Below are positions 41,107 to 49,164 of a DNA stretch of 63,557 bases, one piece after another. The position numbers and the translations under genes are program-made. How positions within the stretch are numbered: the first letter of the stretch is position 1; each line of letters opens with the position of its first letter. The notes beneath the pieces are model-generated. The model did no database searches, was not told where the DNA came from, and saw only the letters and a program-made list of their open reading frames with translations. The DNA is from a virus (lineage: Duplodnaviria; Caudoviricetes), in IMG/VR virus record IMGVR_UViG_3300046782_000096, positions 1 through 63,557 of that record. One strand, given 5' to 3'.

Positions 41107-41514
41107 TTAACCCCTAAGTGCCGGGGGTGGCTGTGTGTCTTGTCCAGCTAAAGGAGGATCGGTTACCGCTTCTTTAGGTGCATGTCCTTTTATTAACTCT
41201 TCCGGTCCTATTGAACTTCTTACTCTACCTAATACCTCTTCTGTCTTTGCCGCCTGTCCTAACTGGTACGGCATCCACATAGCATAACCACCTTTTGCCG
41301 GTCTTTCTTTTCCTGACTCCATTTGCCAAAGAGGCACTTTAGAAATATACCTTGTTTGACCAGAAGCACTTATTACGAAAAGACTTACTTCTTCTGGACT
41401 GTGAACTGCAATTATATCTGCCTTTAAGGGATCATTATTATGCTGTTCTAAATTGTCTACGTTCTTTGGTATGTACCACACTACTCTTCCAACAGTTGGT
41501 TTAATAAAGCTCAT
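41107..41514 (-). CDS. Conserved phage protein (first gene of late arm)
   Basis: IKPTVGRVVWY, P..A.I.AVH....V.L.V, YA.WMPYQ.GQA; AAGGAG RBS. Confidence 0.8.
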   Translation of the reverse strand: MSFIKPTVGRVVWYIPKNVDNLEQHNNDPLKADIIAVHSPEEVSLFVISASGQTRYISKVPLWQMESGKERPAKGGYAMWMPYQLGQAAKTEEVLGRVRSSIGPEELIKGHAPKEAVTDPPLAGQDTQPPPALRG

Positions 41515-41545
41515 TGGGATTCTCCTTGGGGTGGGTCAACCGGCC

Positions 41546-41574
41546 TACGTATCACAGTTCTGCCGAGCTGTCAA
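41546..41574 (-). promoter_or_regulatory. Putative sigma70 promoter for late arm
   Basis: Minus strand TTGACA(41574-41569)-N17-TACGTA. Confidence 0.4.
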
Positions 41575-41778
41575 GGGGTTTCGAGCGCGGGGATAACGAA
41601 AAAAATTTATTTTTTAGCATATGGAGATAATGAGGACTACCGGGTTTAGCTTACCGAGATTTTAAATTATTATTTTTTGGCGCGACTCAAACCAATTGTG
41701 CGAGTTATAGAGGTACCTTCGGTACCTGTTCGGCGCTACGCGACTACGGGTCCGCATGGGGGGTCTAGTATACTAATA

Positions 41779-41957
41779 CACAACGCCGGGTTTAGCCATC
41801 TATACGTCTATACGTTTAGCCATCTATATGTCTATACGTTTATACCGCTGTCCGACTGCCATTGTATACAATGTCACAACGCCGGGTTTAGCCGTCTAAA
41901 CGTCTAGCCGTCTAACAGCACCGGGAGCATATCGTTTGGCCGTCTAAACGTCTAATA
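41779..41957. repeat. Degenerate 8-mer tandem repeats plus a 19-bp direct repeat
   Basis: GTTTAGCC/ATCTATAC/GTCTATAC/GTCTAAAC units; CACAACGCCGGGTTTAGCC at 41779 and 41875. Confidence 0.85.
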
Positions 41958-41963
41958 ACAACC

Positions 41964-42030
41964 TGTGGATAACCGGTGAATTGGTGATAGCATAAGCTGT
42001 TAGTAACCCTGTGGATAACCCTGTGGATAA
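41964..42030 (-). promoter_or_regulatory. Three perfect DnaA boxes (TTATCCACA on minus strand)
   Basis: TGTGGATAA at 41964-41972, 42010-42018, 42022-42030. Confidence 0.75.
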
Positions 42031-42199
42031 CTGTTTTTGTCTCCTTTTCGCAACGTGTCTAAAACCGCATAGGACGACCGGAGCGGCTCACCGGGTTTGG
42101 GGAATAGCACGGTTAGGGGTCAAATGCGCCGGCCTTGTAGAGCGTTCTAGGGGCATTAGCGTCGATTCTGATTTAGTGCAAAATAACCCTTAAACCCTA

Positions 42200-42227
42200 T
42201 TGCTTTTAGCTTCAATCGGAGTATTAT
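42200..42227 (+). promoter_or_regulatory. Putative first early sigma70 promoter
   Basis: TTGCTT-N16-TATTAT. Confidence 0.5.
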
Positions 42228-42439
42228 CGGCAATGCGGGCAACTGAGCGAAAGGCTCCCCGCCTCAGAACCGGGACGCGCTGTTAGCGTTTCGGTTGCTA
42301 CGGGCTGACAACGGGCATTGGATAAATCCCCCCCTCAGCGAAATTGGTACCGGCTCTTTTACAATTCCCAAGGGTAACCGCGACTTTAACGAATAGGCGT
42401 TAAGGCGCGTTTTTGCATTCCTAAACCGGAGAGTTTCAA

Positions 42440-43492
42440 ATGGCACACGCATTGGATTTTAGTAAGGGTTTCGCAGCAGTTGCTGCGATCGGTGGACGCA
42501 AGTCTATGTGGCATCAGAACGGGCAGGAGATTCTGCCCACTGATTCACCGGAGGATATTCAAACGAAAGCGGGCGCTGATTTTAGCGTCAAGATTGCATC
42601 CGCTAAGTTTGACCGCGAAATTGTCGGATTGGACGGTAAGCCGTTCTATCAGGAGGAGATTGCGGAAAATGTCTTTCACCTGTATCGCAGCGATACCGGG
42701 CGCGTAATGAATACTGTTACCGAACGGTATAAGCCTGTACAGCCTGCGACTATCTTTCAATTTTTCAAGCAACTGTGCGCCAAGCACGGATACCAGATCG
42801 AAACCGCAGGCGTATTGGCTAATGGTGGACGTTACTGGGTCACGGCTAACACGCGCAACGTGTTGCAGCTTCCGGGCAAGGATAAAATGCAACAGTTTGT
42901 CACCATTGCTACATCGTGCGATGGCAGTATGTCCACGGAAGGATTCACAACCGAGTTTCGAGTAGTGTGTGATAACACACTACAAAGCGCACGGCATGAC
43001 AACGTGCTAAGCGTTAAAAACCGGCACTCTACGGTTGTGGATTGGGACAAAATCAGTATTAAGCTAGAACTAGTCTCAGACGCATGGTCTAAGTTTAGCG
43101 CTCATGCGAAAGAGATGGCTAAGTTCAAGGTGAGCGAGGGGCAGGCAATGAAATTGCTGTTAAACGCTTACTACAGTTTGGATACTGAAGAGAAAGTTGC
43201 CAAATTCTTAGCGGCTGAAAAGCTGTCTGAGAAACAGGCAGCGCGCAGGGAGACTGACACAAAGCAAATGCTGAACCGGTTGCAAGCGCATCTCAATAAT
43301 GCACCGGGCGCAAAGGTCGAATCCTCAGACGGTACGCTTTGGGGAATCATCAATGCCGTGACCTACGATGTAGATCATGCAGCAGGCAAGGGCCGCACCG
43401 ATGAAGCCAAGTTTGTATCGTCACAATGGGGTGACGGTTCCAAGGTCAAAGACCGTGCTTGGACTGCGGCAGTAGCGCTGGTGACGGCATAG
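42440..43492 (+). CDS. DUF932 / TIGR03299 phage-plasmid protein
   Basis: YRSDTG.....V.ERYKPVQP, ETAGVL..G...W, TSCDGS.ST, RVVCDNTL, GTLWG..NAVT..VDH, K.RAW. Confidence 0.92.
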   Translation: MAHALDFSKGFAAVAAIGGRKSMWHQNGQEILPTDSPEDIQTKAGADFSVKIASAKFDREIVGLDGKPFYQEEIAENVFHLYRSDTGRVMNTVTERYKPVQPATIFQFFKQLCAKHGYQIETAGVLANGGRYWVTANTRNVLQLPGKDKMQQFVTIATSCDGSMSTEGFTTEFRVVCDNTLQSARHDNVLSVKNRHSTVVDWDKISIKLELVSDAWSKFSAHAKEMAKFKVSEGQAMKLLLNAYYSLDTEEKVAKFLAAEKLSEKQAARRETDTKQMLNRLQAHLNNAPGAKVESSDGTLWGIINAVTYDVDHAAGKGRTDEAKFVSSQWGDGSKVKDRAWTAAVALVTA

Positions 43493-43551
43493 CAGCATGA
43501 TTGGGGAGCATGGATGCTCCCACCTTTTAATCCTAAATCGGAGAGTGTTAA

Positions 43552-43722
43552 ATGGCACATACCGCACAAGAAATCCGGCAAGCTATCATCAAGCTGGAAG
43601 CAATATTGGATTATTCAACTATCAAGTTGATGGTCCAAATCGAAGAAGTAAGAAGGATCGAAGTCAAGATTGCATCGCTGGAAGCGATGTTGAAACCGGT
43701 GGCAACCAATGAACCGGCTTAG
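43552..43722 (+). CDS. 56-aa early protein (not in ORF track)
   Basis: GGAGAG RBS; MAHTAQEIRQAIIKLEAILD... Confidence 0.7.
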   Translation: MAHTAQEIRQAIIKLEAILDYSTIKLMVQIEEVRRIEVKIASLEAMLKPVATNEPA

Positions 43723-43879
43723 AGTACCGCAATACTGCGGTAATCACCTGCAATCGCCTTACACCGGAGTCTGGGAAGAACGCCGCAAGGTTAGCCCGAA
43801 AGAAGCGCAAGAGTTTCTTGACAAGCTAGCAAACCGGCACATGCAGTCTGGTGGCAAGCGTAAGCGAGTCAGCAAGTAG
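43709..43879 (+). CDS. 56-aa basic early protein (not in ORF track)
   Basis: MNRLRVPQYCGNHLQSPY...; overlaps upstream stop. Confidence 0.5.
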   Translation: MNRLRVPQYCGNHLQSPYTGVWEERRKVSPKEAQEFLDKLANRHMQSGGKRKRVSK

Positions 43880-43927
43880 GACTGAAACCAAGGGAGCATG
43901 GACGCTCCCGCAATTGGAGTTAAAGCA

Positions 43928-44353
43928 ATGGCACATGAATACAAAGTGGTCCAACCGACTGAGGTAATGGCGCGAGTCATGGGAACGAAGACGATAGACC
44001 AGTATTGTCACGAACTAAGCGAACAGGCTTTTAAGCTGGCAAAGCAAGTCTTCGAAGACAAAGCAAACGAAGACGGCTTTTATCCCGTTTGTCACTTTTG
44101 CGATGGAGAGTGTTTCGCGCAATGCCACGCTGACACGATAATCGCATTTAGGACTAACCCGCCGTGGCATGGGTTAGTTGATCCTCGCAGACTGCCAGAC
44201 TGGTACGAAGACAGAAACCACCAGATTGAAGCACGCATAAACCAAGCGCACCGGGCATCAAAAGTTTGCAGTAACAAGCTGATTTGGGGTCAAGACAAGA
44301 AGTCCGAAACCAAGCAGGACCGGGTGAAGAGGCTCCGCAAGAGCCGGTGGTGA
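43928..44353 (+). CDS. Early protein with Cys/His cluster
   Basis: GGAG RBS, MAHEYK start, CHFC..EC..QCH. Confidence 0.7.
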   Translation: MAHEYKVVQPTEVMARVMGTKTIDQYCHELSEQAFKLAKQVFEDKANEDGFYPVCHFCDGECFAQCHADTIIAFRTNPPWHGLVDPRRLPDWYEDRNHQIEARINQAHRASKVCSNKLIWGQDKKSETKQDRVKRLRKSRW

Positions 44354-44364
44354 TGGTATACTGA

Positions 44365-44397
44365 GGGGGATCGGGAAACCGGTCCCCCTTTTTTTGT
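44365..44397 (+). terminator. Intrinsic terminator
   Basis: AGGGGGATCGG-GAAA-CCGGTCCCCCT then T-tract. Confidence 0.9.
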
Positions 44398-44445
44398 TTT
44401 AAGTTTTACTAAATTAATATGTAGAGCAAACTAGTTTGCTCTAGT

Positions 44446-44560
44446 TACGCGCCAGCGCCAAGGTACGCGCCAGCGCAATTTAGTTTGTTTAGCTACGCGC
44501 CAGCGCGTAGCTACGCGCCAGCGATTAAAGTACGCGCCAGCGAAACTAAAATACGCGACC
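44446..44560. repeat. TACGCGCCAGCG repeat cluster 1
   Basis: Perfect copies at 44446, 44464, 44494, 44512, 44531; partial at 44552. Confidence 0.95.
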
Positions 44561-44697
44561 GGTATAATTGTATACTTCTGCATTACTCCACCTCTTTATA
44601 GTTACACAACACCACATCTCCATTACTCCACTTGTATACATGTTCACAGTTATCACACCTAAAACTAAAATCGCCTAAGTTAATTAAGCAAATGTTG

Positions 44698-44726
44698 TTG
44701 ACACCGGGTCCGAAATATGAGACGAT
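44698..44726 (+). promoter_or_regulatory. sigma70-like promoter
   Basis: TTGACA-N17-GACGAT, TG upstream of -10. Confidence 0.6.
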
Positions 44727-44764
44727 CACTGGGCAAGACCAACCAAACGAGGAGTTAAATTAAG

Positions 44765-44968
44765 ATGGCAATTAAAATACTACATAACGGCGCGATCCTT
44801 CTAGAGCGTAGATTGAAAGCAGAAGGCACAGATATCGTACTTTGTTTTATGCCAGACAACGCTCAGAAGTTTGTAACTTGGCAAATGGATTGTTCTAGCA
44901 TGGGTACGTACTGGGGACATTACTTCAACGACATAGAAAAAGCCGTAGAAGATTTCAAAACTCGTTAA
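44765..44968 (+). CDS. Small early phage protein
   Basis: FVTW.......YWGHYF..I..A..DF..R motif; GAGGAG RBS. Confidence 0.75.
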   Translation: MAIKILHNGAILLERRLKAEGTDIVLCFMPDNAQKFVTWQMDCSSMGTYWGHYFNDIEKAVEDFKTR

Positions 44969-44983
44969 TTTAGGAGAAACGCA

Positions 44984-45187
44984 ATGTCACATAGTTATGA
45001 AATAAACTGCAATTGTCCAAGATGTACAAAAGAAAGAACACGCCGCGCTATTCAATCGGCGGCAAATCCCAAACCGATTAAACCTATTCGCCGGTACAAG
45101 AAAAAAAGGACAGATGTAGCAAGCCGCGAAGAACAAAACGCTACACTACTGGAATGCGGCTATGGCGCGTGGGATGATCGGGATTAA
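44984..45187 (+). CDS. Small early protein (CNCPRC)
   Basis: AGGAG RBS. Confidence 0.7.
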   Translation: MSHSYEINCNCPRCTKERTRRAIQSAANPKPIKPIRRYKKKRTDVASREEQNATLLECGYGAWDDRD

Positions 45188-45204
45188 TTTAACTGGAGAG
45201 TGCT

Positions 45205-45498
45205 ATGGCAACTATTAAATGTAACTATCACGTAAGACTGTTAATCAATTGGGAAGATTTGACAGATAAAGAGAAAAAGGAATTTGATTGGATGGACCAA
45301 GAAAAACAACAGAGCGCAGACTTTGTAAGATATAAAGGATGGGTGTACTATATTAATGATTTTATGGCATGTCCCAAAGGTAATGAGATGGAAGGATGGG
45401 ACGGCTATGAAGCCGATTCTTATTTTAGCGGTATCCTGCTTAAATGGCCGGATAAGTTTGATATGGATCGCGTAATAATGGCGCGTATTTATTCTTAG
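45205..45498 (+). CDS. Small early phage protein
   Basis: GGAGAG RBS; F.RYKG..Y...DFM, WDGY..DSYFSG.L. Confidence 0.75.
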   Translation: MATIKCNYHVRLLINWEDLTDKEKKEFDWMDQEKQQSADFVRYKGWVYYINDFMACPKGNEMEGWDGYEADSYFSGILLKWPDKFDMDRVIMARIYS

Positions 45499-45507
45499 GA
45501 GAATGCA

Positions 45508-45705
45508 ATGTTAGACAATTCTATCGAAGACGCAGATAGTCCAGAAGCTTTTATTAGGGCGCTGCGTAAACAAAGTGAGAAATGCATGGAAGCGAGTTTA
45601 GAACTAAGCGCAGCATGGCAGACCAGAACCGCAGGACATTTTTGGGTATTCGCCAGTCGAGAACTAGAACGCATGGCAATTAGACTGGAGAAACACGTAC
45701 CATAA
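45508..45705 (+). CDS. Small early protein
   Basis: AGGAG RBS. Confidence 0.7.
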   Translation: MLDNSIEDADSPEAFIRALRKQSEKCMEASLELSAAWQTRTAGHFWVFASRELERMAIRLEKHVP

Positions 45706-45733
45706 TTTAGTTTTGTGCCGTTGCACCCTCCGA

Positions 45734-45766
45734 AGCGCCGCTAACATAGGGCGCTCTTTTTGTTTT
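45734..45766 (+). terminator. Intrinsic terminator
   Basis: AGCGCC...GGCGCT then CTTTTTGTTTT. Confidence 0.6.
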
Positions 45767-45803
45767 AGATCGTTTTACCCCTAACGGGGTGGGTTTTGGT
45801 AGC

Positions 45804-45857
45804 TACGCGCCAGCGCCTAGCTACGCGACAGCGCTTTAGTTTAGTTACGCGCCAGCG
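45804..45857. repeat. TACGCGCCAGCG repeat cluster 2
   Basis: Copies at 45804, 45822 (one mismatch), 45846. Confidence 0.95.
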
Positions 45858-46218
45858 GATTTATAATCTATGTTAGCGCCGGTTTTACTGCGAAGTACCA
45901 TTGCGTATATGTGCGAAGCTAACCAATTTTGTCCCCTAGTGACTTTAAAAAGTGTAATTTTTCGGCTTAACATGACCCAAATTCAGAGAGAAAAAAACTA
46001 AGTGGGGGGACAGGGGGTCCAAAGTAGAATAATGTAATGAGTTAAGTACGTATATATACCCCCGCGTGTGTCTCCTTGTATATAGTCGTATCTAACCTAG
46101 CTTAACCTTAACATCTCTGTCCCCCCCTAAGCGTGTGAGTCTTCTGCTTTTGAACGGCGACACCTCGATAAGTTTAGAGGGGACTTTATAACTCCTTGTT
46201 TTTGTTTTACTGAAATGC

Positions 46219-46288
46219 TAAGTCATTGATATACAAATTTACCCCCCCGCAACAAGTCCTTGACCCCCCGCCCGGTCTGTGCTACGCT
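46219..46288 (+). promoter_or_regulatory. sigma70-like promoter with upstream IHF site
   Basis: TTGACC(46260)-N17-TACGCT; TAAGTCATTGATA (46219-46231) reads TATCAATGACTTA on minus, matching IHF consensus. Confidence 0.55.
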
Positions 46289-46328
46289 CGATCCAACGCC
46301 ATTCCTTGGGCGAAATAGGAGTTTTAAA

Positions 46329-46601
46329 ATGGCACTTAGATTTCACAAAATAGAAGTAGATAAAAGTCTGCCCATAAGCGAAGAGACTCAAAAGGGTATT
46401 AAATTAGAAAAAGCTATGCTTAAACACGTTTGGAAAATGTACGAAGCATTCCAATTAGTGGAGATGTTACCAATAAGCCAAAGCAATCCTTGGAATAGTG
46501 CAGTTCAGTATAGAGGATTGATCTTAAGAGTTAAAAAGCTTATAGATGACTTGGCAAACAGCGAAAGAGGCAAGATTCACTTCTCTGGAGAGACAAAATG
46601 A
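46329..46601 (+). CDS. Hypothetical early protein
   Basis: AGGAG RBS, ATG 46329. Confidence 0.7.
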   Translation: MALRFHKIEVDKSLPISEETQKGIKLEKAMLKHVWKMYEAFQLVEMLPISQSNPWNSAVQYRGLILRVKKLIDDLANSERGKIHFSGETK

Positions 46602-46837
46602 AAACAGCGGATATTAAAACTCTACGGATGGAAAAAGATTTTACTCCAGTTCAAGCGGTAGCAACAAAAGTCTCTAATCTTCTTTTGGACGAACTAAACC
46701 GCATAAATACAAGAAACACCGATTTTTATTATGATCGGTCAGAATATAAGCGCAGAGTAAAAGAGATTATTACACGGCATTTAATTAAGCTAAAGCAAAA
46801 ACATAATCTAAACTTCCAGATACCAAAAGAGGTTTAA
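46598..46837 (+). CDS. Hypothetical early protein
   Basis: GGAG RBS, ATGA overlap. Confidence 0.65.
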   Translation: MKTADIKTLRMEKDFTPVQAVATKVSNLLLDELNRINTRNTDFYYDRSEYKRRVKEIITRHLIKLKQKHNLNFQIPKEV

Positions 46838-46838
46838 A

Positions 46839-47015
46839 ATGATTACTACTGAAGAGATGGCAAAAGAACTAATTAAAGAAAATAAGAAAATGAAAGCGGC
46901 AATTAGCGCCACGCTGCGCCGGTCTGAAGGCAATCTTTATAGTACCGATCAATTAACCGGGGAAACGTTTTATAACATTTTAAACCAATCCATAGGCAAC
47001 ACTCATGGAAAATAA
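46839..47015 (+). CDS. 58-aa early protein (not in ORF track)
   Basis: GAGG RBS; MITTEEMAKELIK... Confidence 0.55.
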   Translation: MITTEEMAKELIKENKKMKAAISATLRRSEGNLYSTDQLTGETFYNILNQSIGNTHGK

Positions 47016-47229
47016 GCAGTTAGACCTATTCTTAAGACCACAAGATAAAAAAGAGCAATCTAAATTCCCAAGTGAGCCTTTAATCTCTTGCTCTTGCTGT
47101 CCGGCCAGATTACCTCGTTTTTACTTCGTCGCCACACAGTGGGGGCGCTTGTGTCCAGAGTGCTACAAGAGCTATAATGACCACCGGGACCAAGGGCGCT
47201 TGCCACGGGAGTTAAGAGACTATGACTGA
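47005..47229 (+). CDS. Small Zn-ribbon protein
   Basis: CSCC...CPEC. Confidence 0.6.
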   Translation: MENKQLDLFLRPQDKKEQSKFPSEPLISCSCCPARLPRFYFVATQWGRLCPECYKSYNDHRDQGRLPRELRDYD

Positions 47230-47389
47230 TTTAAAAGAGTATAGGTTTAGTTATGTAGTGGGAGGAGTGCGGCTTAGTACTACCATTGTGGCAAATAATA
47301 TGGAAGAAGCACACGAAAAGGGAAAGAATAAAGCTTTAGAACTGTTTTCAACCGCGCATGGGTTTTTAACTGAAGAGATGGGAGATTAA
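47222..47389 (+). CDS. 55-aa early protein (not in ORF track)
   Basis: MTDLKEYRFSYVVGG...; fills gap. Confidence 0.55.
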   Translation: MTDLKEYRFSYVVGGVRLSTTIVANNMEEAHEKGKNKALELFSTAHGFLTEEMGD

Positions 47390-47390
47390 A

Positions 47391-47591
47391 ATGTTAGATA
47401 ACGATGGAGGATTTGCAACCCCTGTTCCGCCGGTCCCAAGCCGCGAGGTGGTAGAGGCATACTTTAAGCGCGGCCCAAAGGATGGAATGTTTATGGTTTG
47501 GGTAGCGGAAGGTCATGCCATGCTCCGCACCCTTCTCGCGGAAGTCGAGCGGTTGACTAAACTGGTCGCCGAGCAAGGGAGATTAAAATGA
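47391..47591 (+). CDS. Hypothetical protein
   Basis: GGGAG RBS. Confidence 0.65.
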   Translation: MLDNDGGFATPVPPVPSREVVEAYFKRGPKDGMFMVWVAEGHAMLRTLLAEVERLTKLVAEQGRLK

Positions 47592-48019
47592 GTAGACCAG
47601 AGTTTGACGATAAGGATAGAGAGCTTCTAATTCAAAGAGAAGCTAAAAGAAGTCTTTTGATTGGTCCACAAGTGGGCGATTACGTTGTCTTTCCAGACAG
47701 TTTAGGTGGTGGAATAAGGCAATTCACCCATGACTGGGGCAAAGACATACAAACAACGGTTAGTACAATGCCAAGGAAAGATGGGACAATCCATCCCTGT
47801 GCCGGTGACGTTTCGTTTTACATTGACCGAGACGGAGAGTGTAATTTTAGTGGCAGTTTGGACAAAGCGATACCCAAAAACAAAATCTTTCCAAGCTATA
47901 ATGGAACTAACCAAGCTTTAAGATACGGCAATGTCTGGTTTTTCCACCATGACCAGCCGGGAGCGCACCGGGGCGTCCATGCAATGATTACCTTTAAGAT
48001 TTGGGAATACAAGCCATGA
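47588..48019 (+). CDS. Conserved hypothetical protein
   Basis: GP.VGD.V, FSGSL, WFFHHD..GA..GV motifs. Confidence 0.75.
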   Translation: MSRPEFDDKDRELLIQREAKRSLLIGPQVGDYVVFPDSLGGGIRQFTHDWGKDIQTTVSTMPRKDGTIHPCAGDVSFYIDRDGECNFSGSLDKAIPKNKIFPSYNGTNQALRYGNVWFFHHDQPGAHRGVHAMITFKIWEYKP

Positions 48020-48099
48020 GAGCCACACAAGCGCAATTAAAATACAGAACAAACATGGTCCAACAAGGCGTAAAACGGATTAGAATAAGGAAAGGCATA

Positions 48100-48387
48100 A
48101 TGAACGCGAGAATTAAAAAAGCAGAAGTAGATATTGCCCCTGAAATGAAAGGGCTTAAGGTCTTTTCTACTGAATACGAAAAACAGCTATTTTTAGCCGT
48201 GGAGAAATACCCCGGCGAGTATGCTTTTAAGGCTGATGTGGTCTTTAAAGTAGCGGAGCGTATGTGTGCTGCGTTTAAGAACAAAACGTATAATAAAGAT
48301 GGCAGAGCAGTAAAAGCAACATGTAAAGCTTTGAATATTCCTTGGACCTATACGGCAATTAACCGGTTCTTAAATGAAGGGGTGTAA
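48100..48387 (+). CDS. Conserved phage hypothetical protein (start uncertain)
   Basis: P.EY, NKDG.A.K.TCK.L.I..TY.AI..FL. Confidence 0.7.
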   Translation: MNARIKKAEVDIAPEMKGLKVFSTEYEKQLFLAVEKYPGEYAFKADVVFKVAERMCAAFKNKTYNKDGRAVKATCKALNIPWTYTAINRFLNEGV

Positions 48388-48388
48388 A

Positions 48389-48772
48389 ATGATAATGTCA
48401 GAAAAAGAGTTTAAAGTCAGGTTCCGTCCATCGGCCAAAGCGAACGGGGAATTGTTTAAATATGAAGAGATATTAGAAACACCGATAAACAAGCTTTGGT
48501 CAATTATGGAAGCGGGAGAGAAGGGAGAGCATTTAACAGCGTTGCCGGGATTAACTTACGGCATGGACAATATAGGTTTTGTCATAGCTGAAGTGCCGTG
48601 GAACGTTGGCGATGAAGTTATAGAAGCGTATTGGAAAGGACCAAAAGAGAATAAAACTACATACGAAAAAGTACTAGCCGGGGAATTAAATCTGCCTTAT
48701 CCATTCTGCCGGTATCCAGACAAGTGCGGTAAAACTGGGCGTTGTGAATCCGATCCCTGCTGTGCGGATTAA
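48389..48772 (+). CDS. Hypothetical protein with Cys-rich C-terminus
   Basis: CRYPDKC...GRC...PCC. Confidence 0.65.
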   Translation: MIMSEKEFKVRFRPSAKANGELFKYEEILETPINKLWSIMEAGEKGEHLTALPGLTYGMDNIGFVIAEVPWNVGDEVIEAYWKGPKENKTTYEKVLAGELNLPYPFCRYPDKCGKTGRCESDPCCAD

Positions 48773-48784
48773 AGAGATAATAAA

Positions 48785-48961
48785 ATGAACCCAACAGAGG
48801 TAAAAGCAGTAAAACAAACGATTGCTGGCTTTATGATGGTATGGGCTGGCTGTTGGGTGTTTATAGATGCTTTTAACAAGGACTATTTTAGTTCAATGGT
48901 GACTGCTGTACTGGGTGCGATCTGGACAACGTATTATTTCAAATTGAGAAAACAAAAATGA
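48785..48961 (+). CDS. Small two-TM membrane protein (not in ORF track)
   Basis: 58-aa hydrophobic ORF, ATGA overlap downstream. Confidence 0.55.
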   Translation: MNPTEVKAVKQTIAGFMMVWAGCWVFIDAFNKDYFSSMVTAVLGAIWTTYYFKLRKQK

Positions 48962-49164
48962 CAGATAAACTAAGAGAGCTAAGAATGAGAGAGCAGCAAT
49001 TAGCGGTGGCACGCAATTTAAGTGACGAAGAACTAAATGCACAGATACACCTAACCGATCCTAACCGTGATCCGAATCATAAATGCCTTTCCTGTTTTTA
49101 CTGCGCTTGTGTGGTAGTGTTAAAAGAACGCTGGTGGATACAACATAAAAAGGTGACAGAATGA
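48958..49164 (+). CDS. Hypothetical protein
   Basis: Coupled ORF, CLSCFYC. Confidence 0.6.
   Translation: MTDKLRELRMREQQLAVARNLSDEELNAQIHLTDPNRDPNHKCLSCFYCACVVVLKERWWIQHKKVTE

Noticed and set aside
43497-43712. 71-aa ORF from the track
   Set aside because: The alternative frame 43552-43722 has a strong RBS and the shared MAH start cassette
44446-44560. Mini CRISPR array
   Set aside because: Repeats are only 12 bp with 6-18 bp irregular spacers; no cas genes
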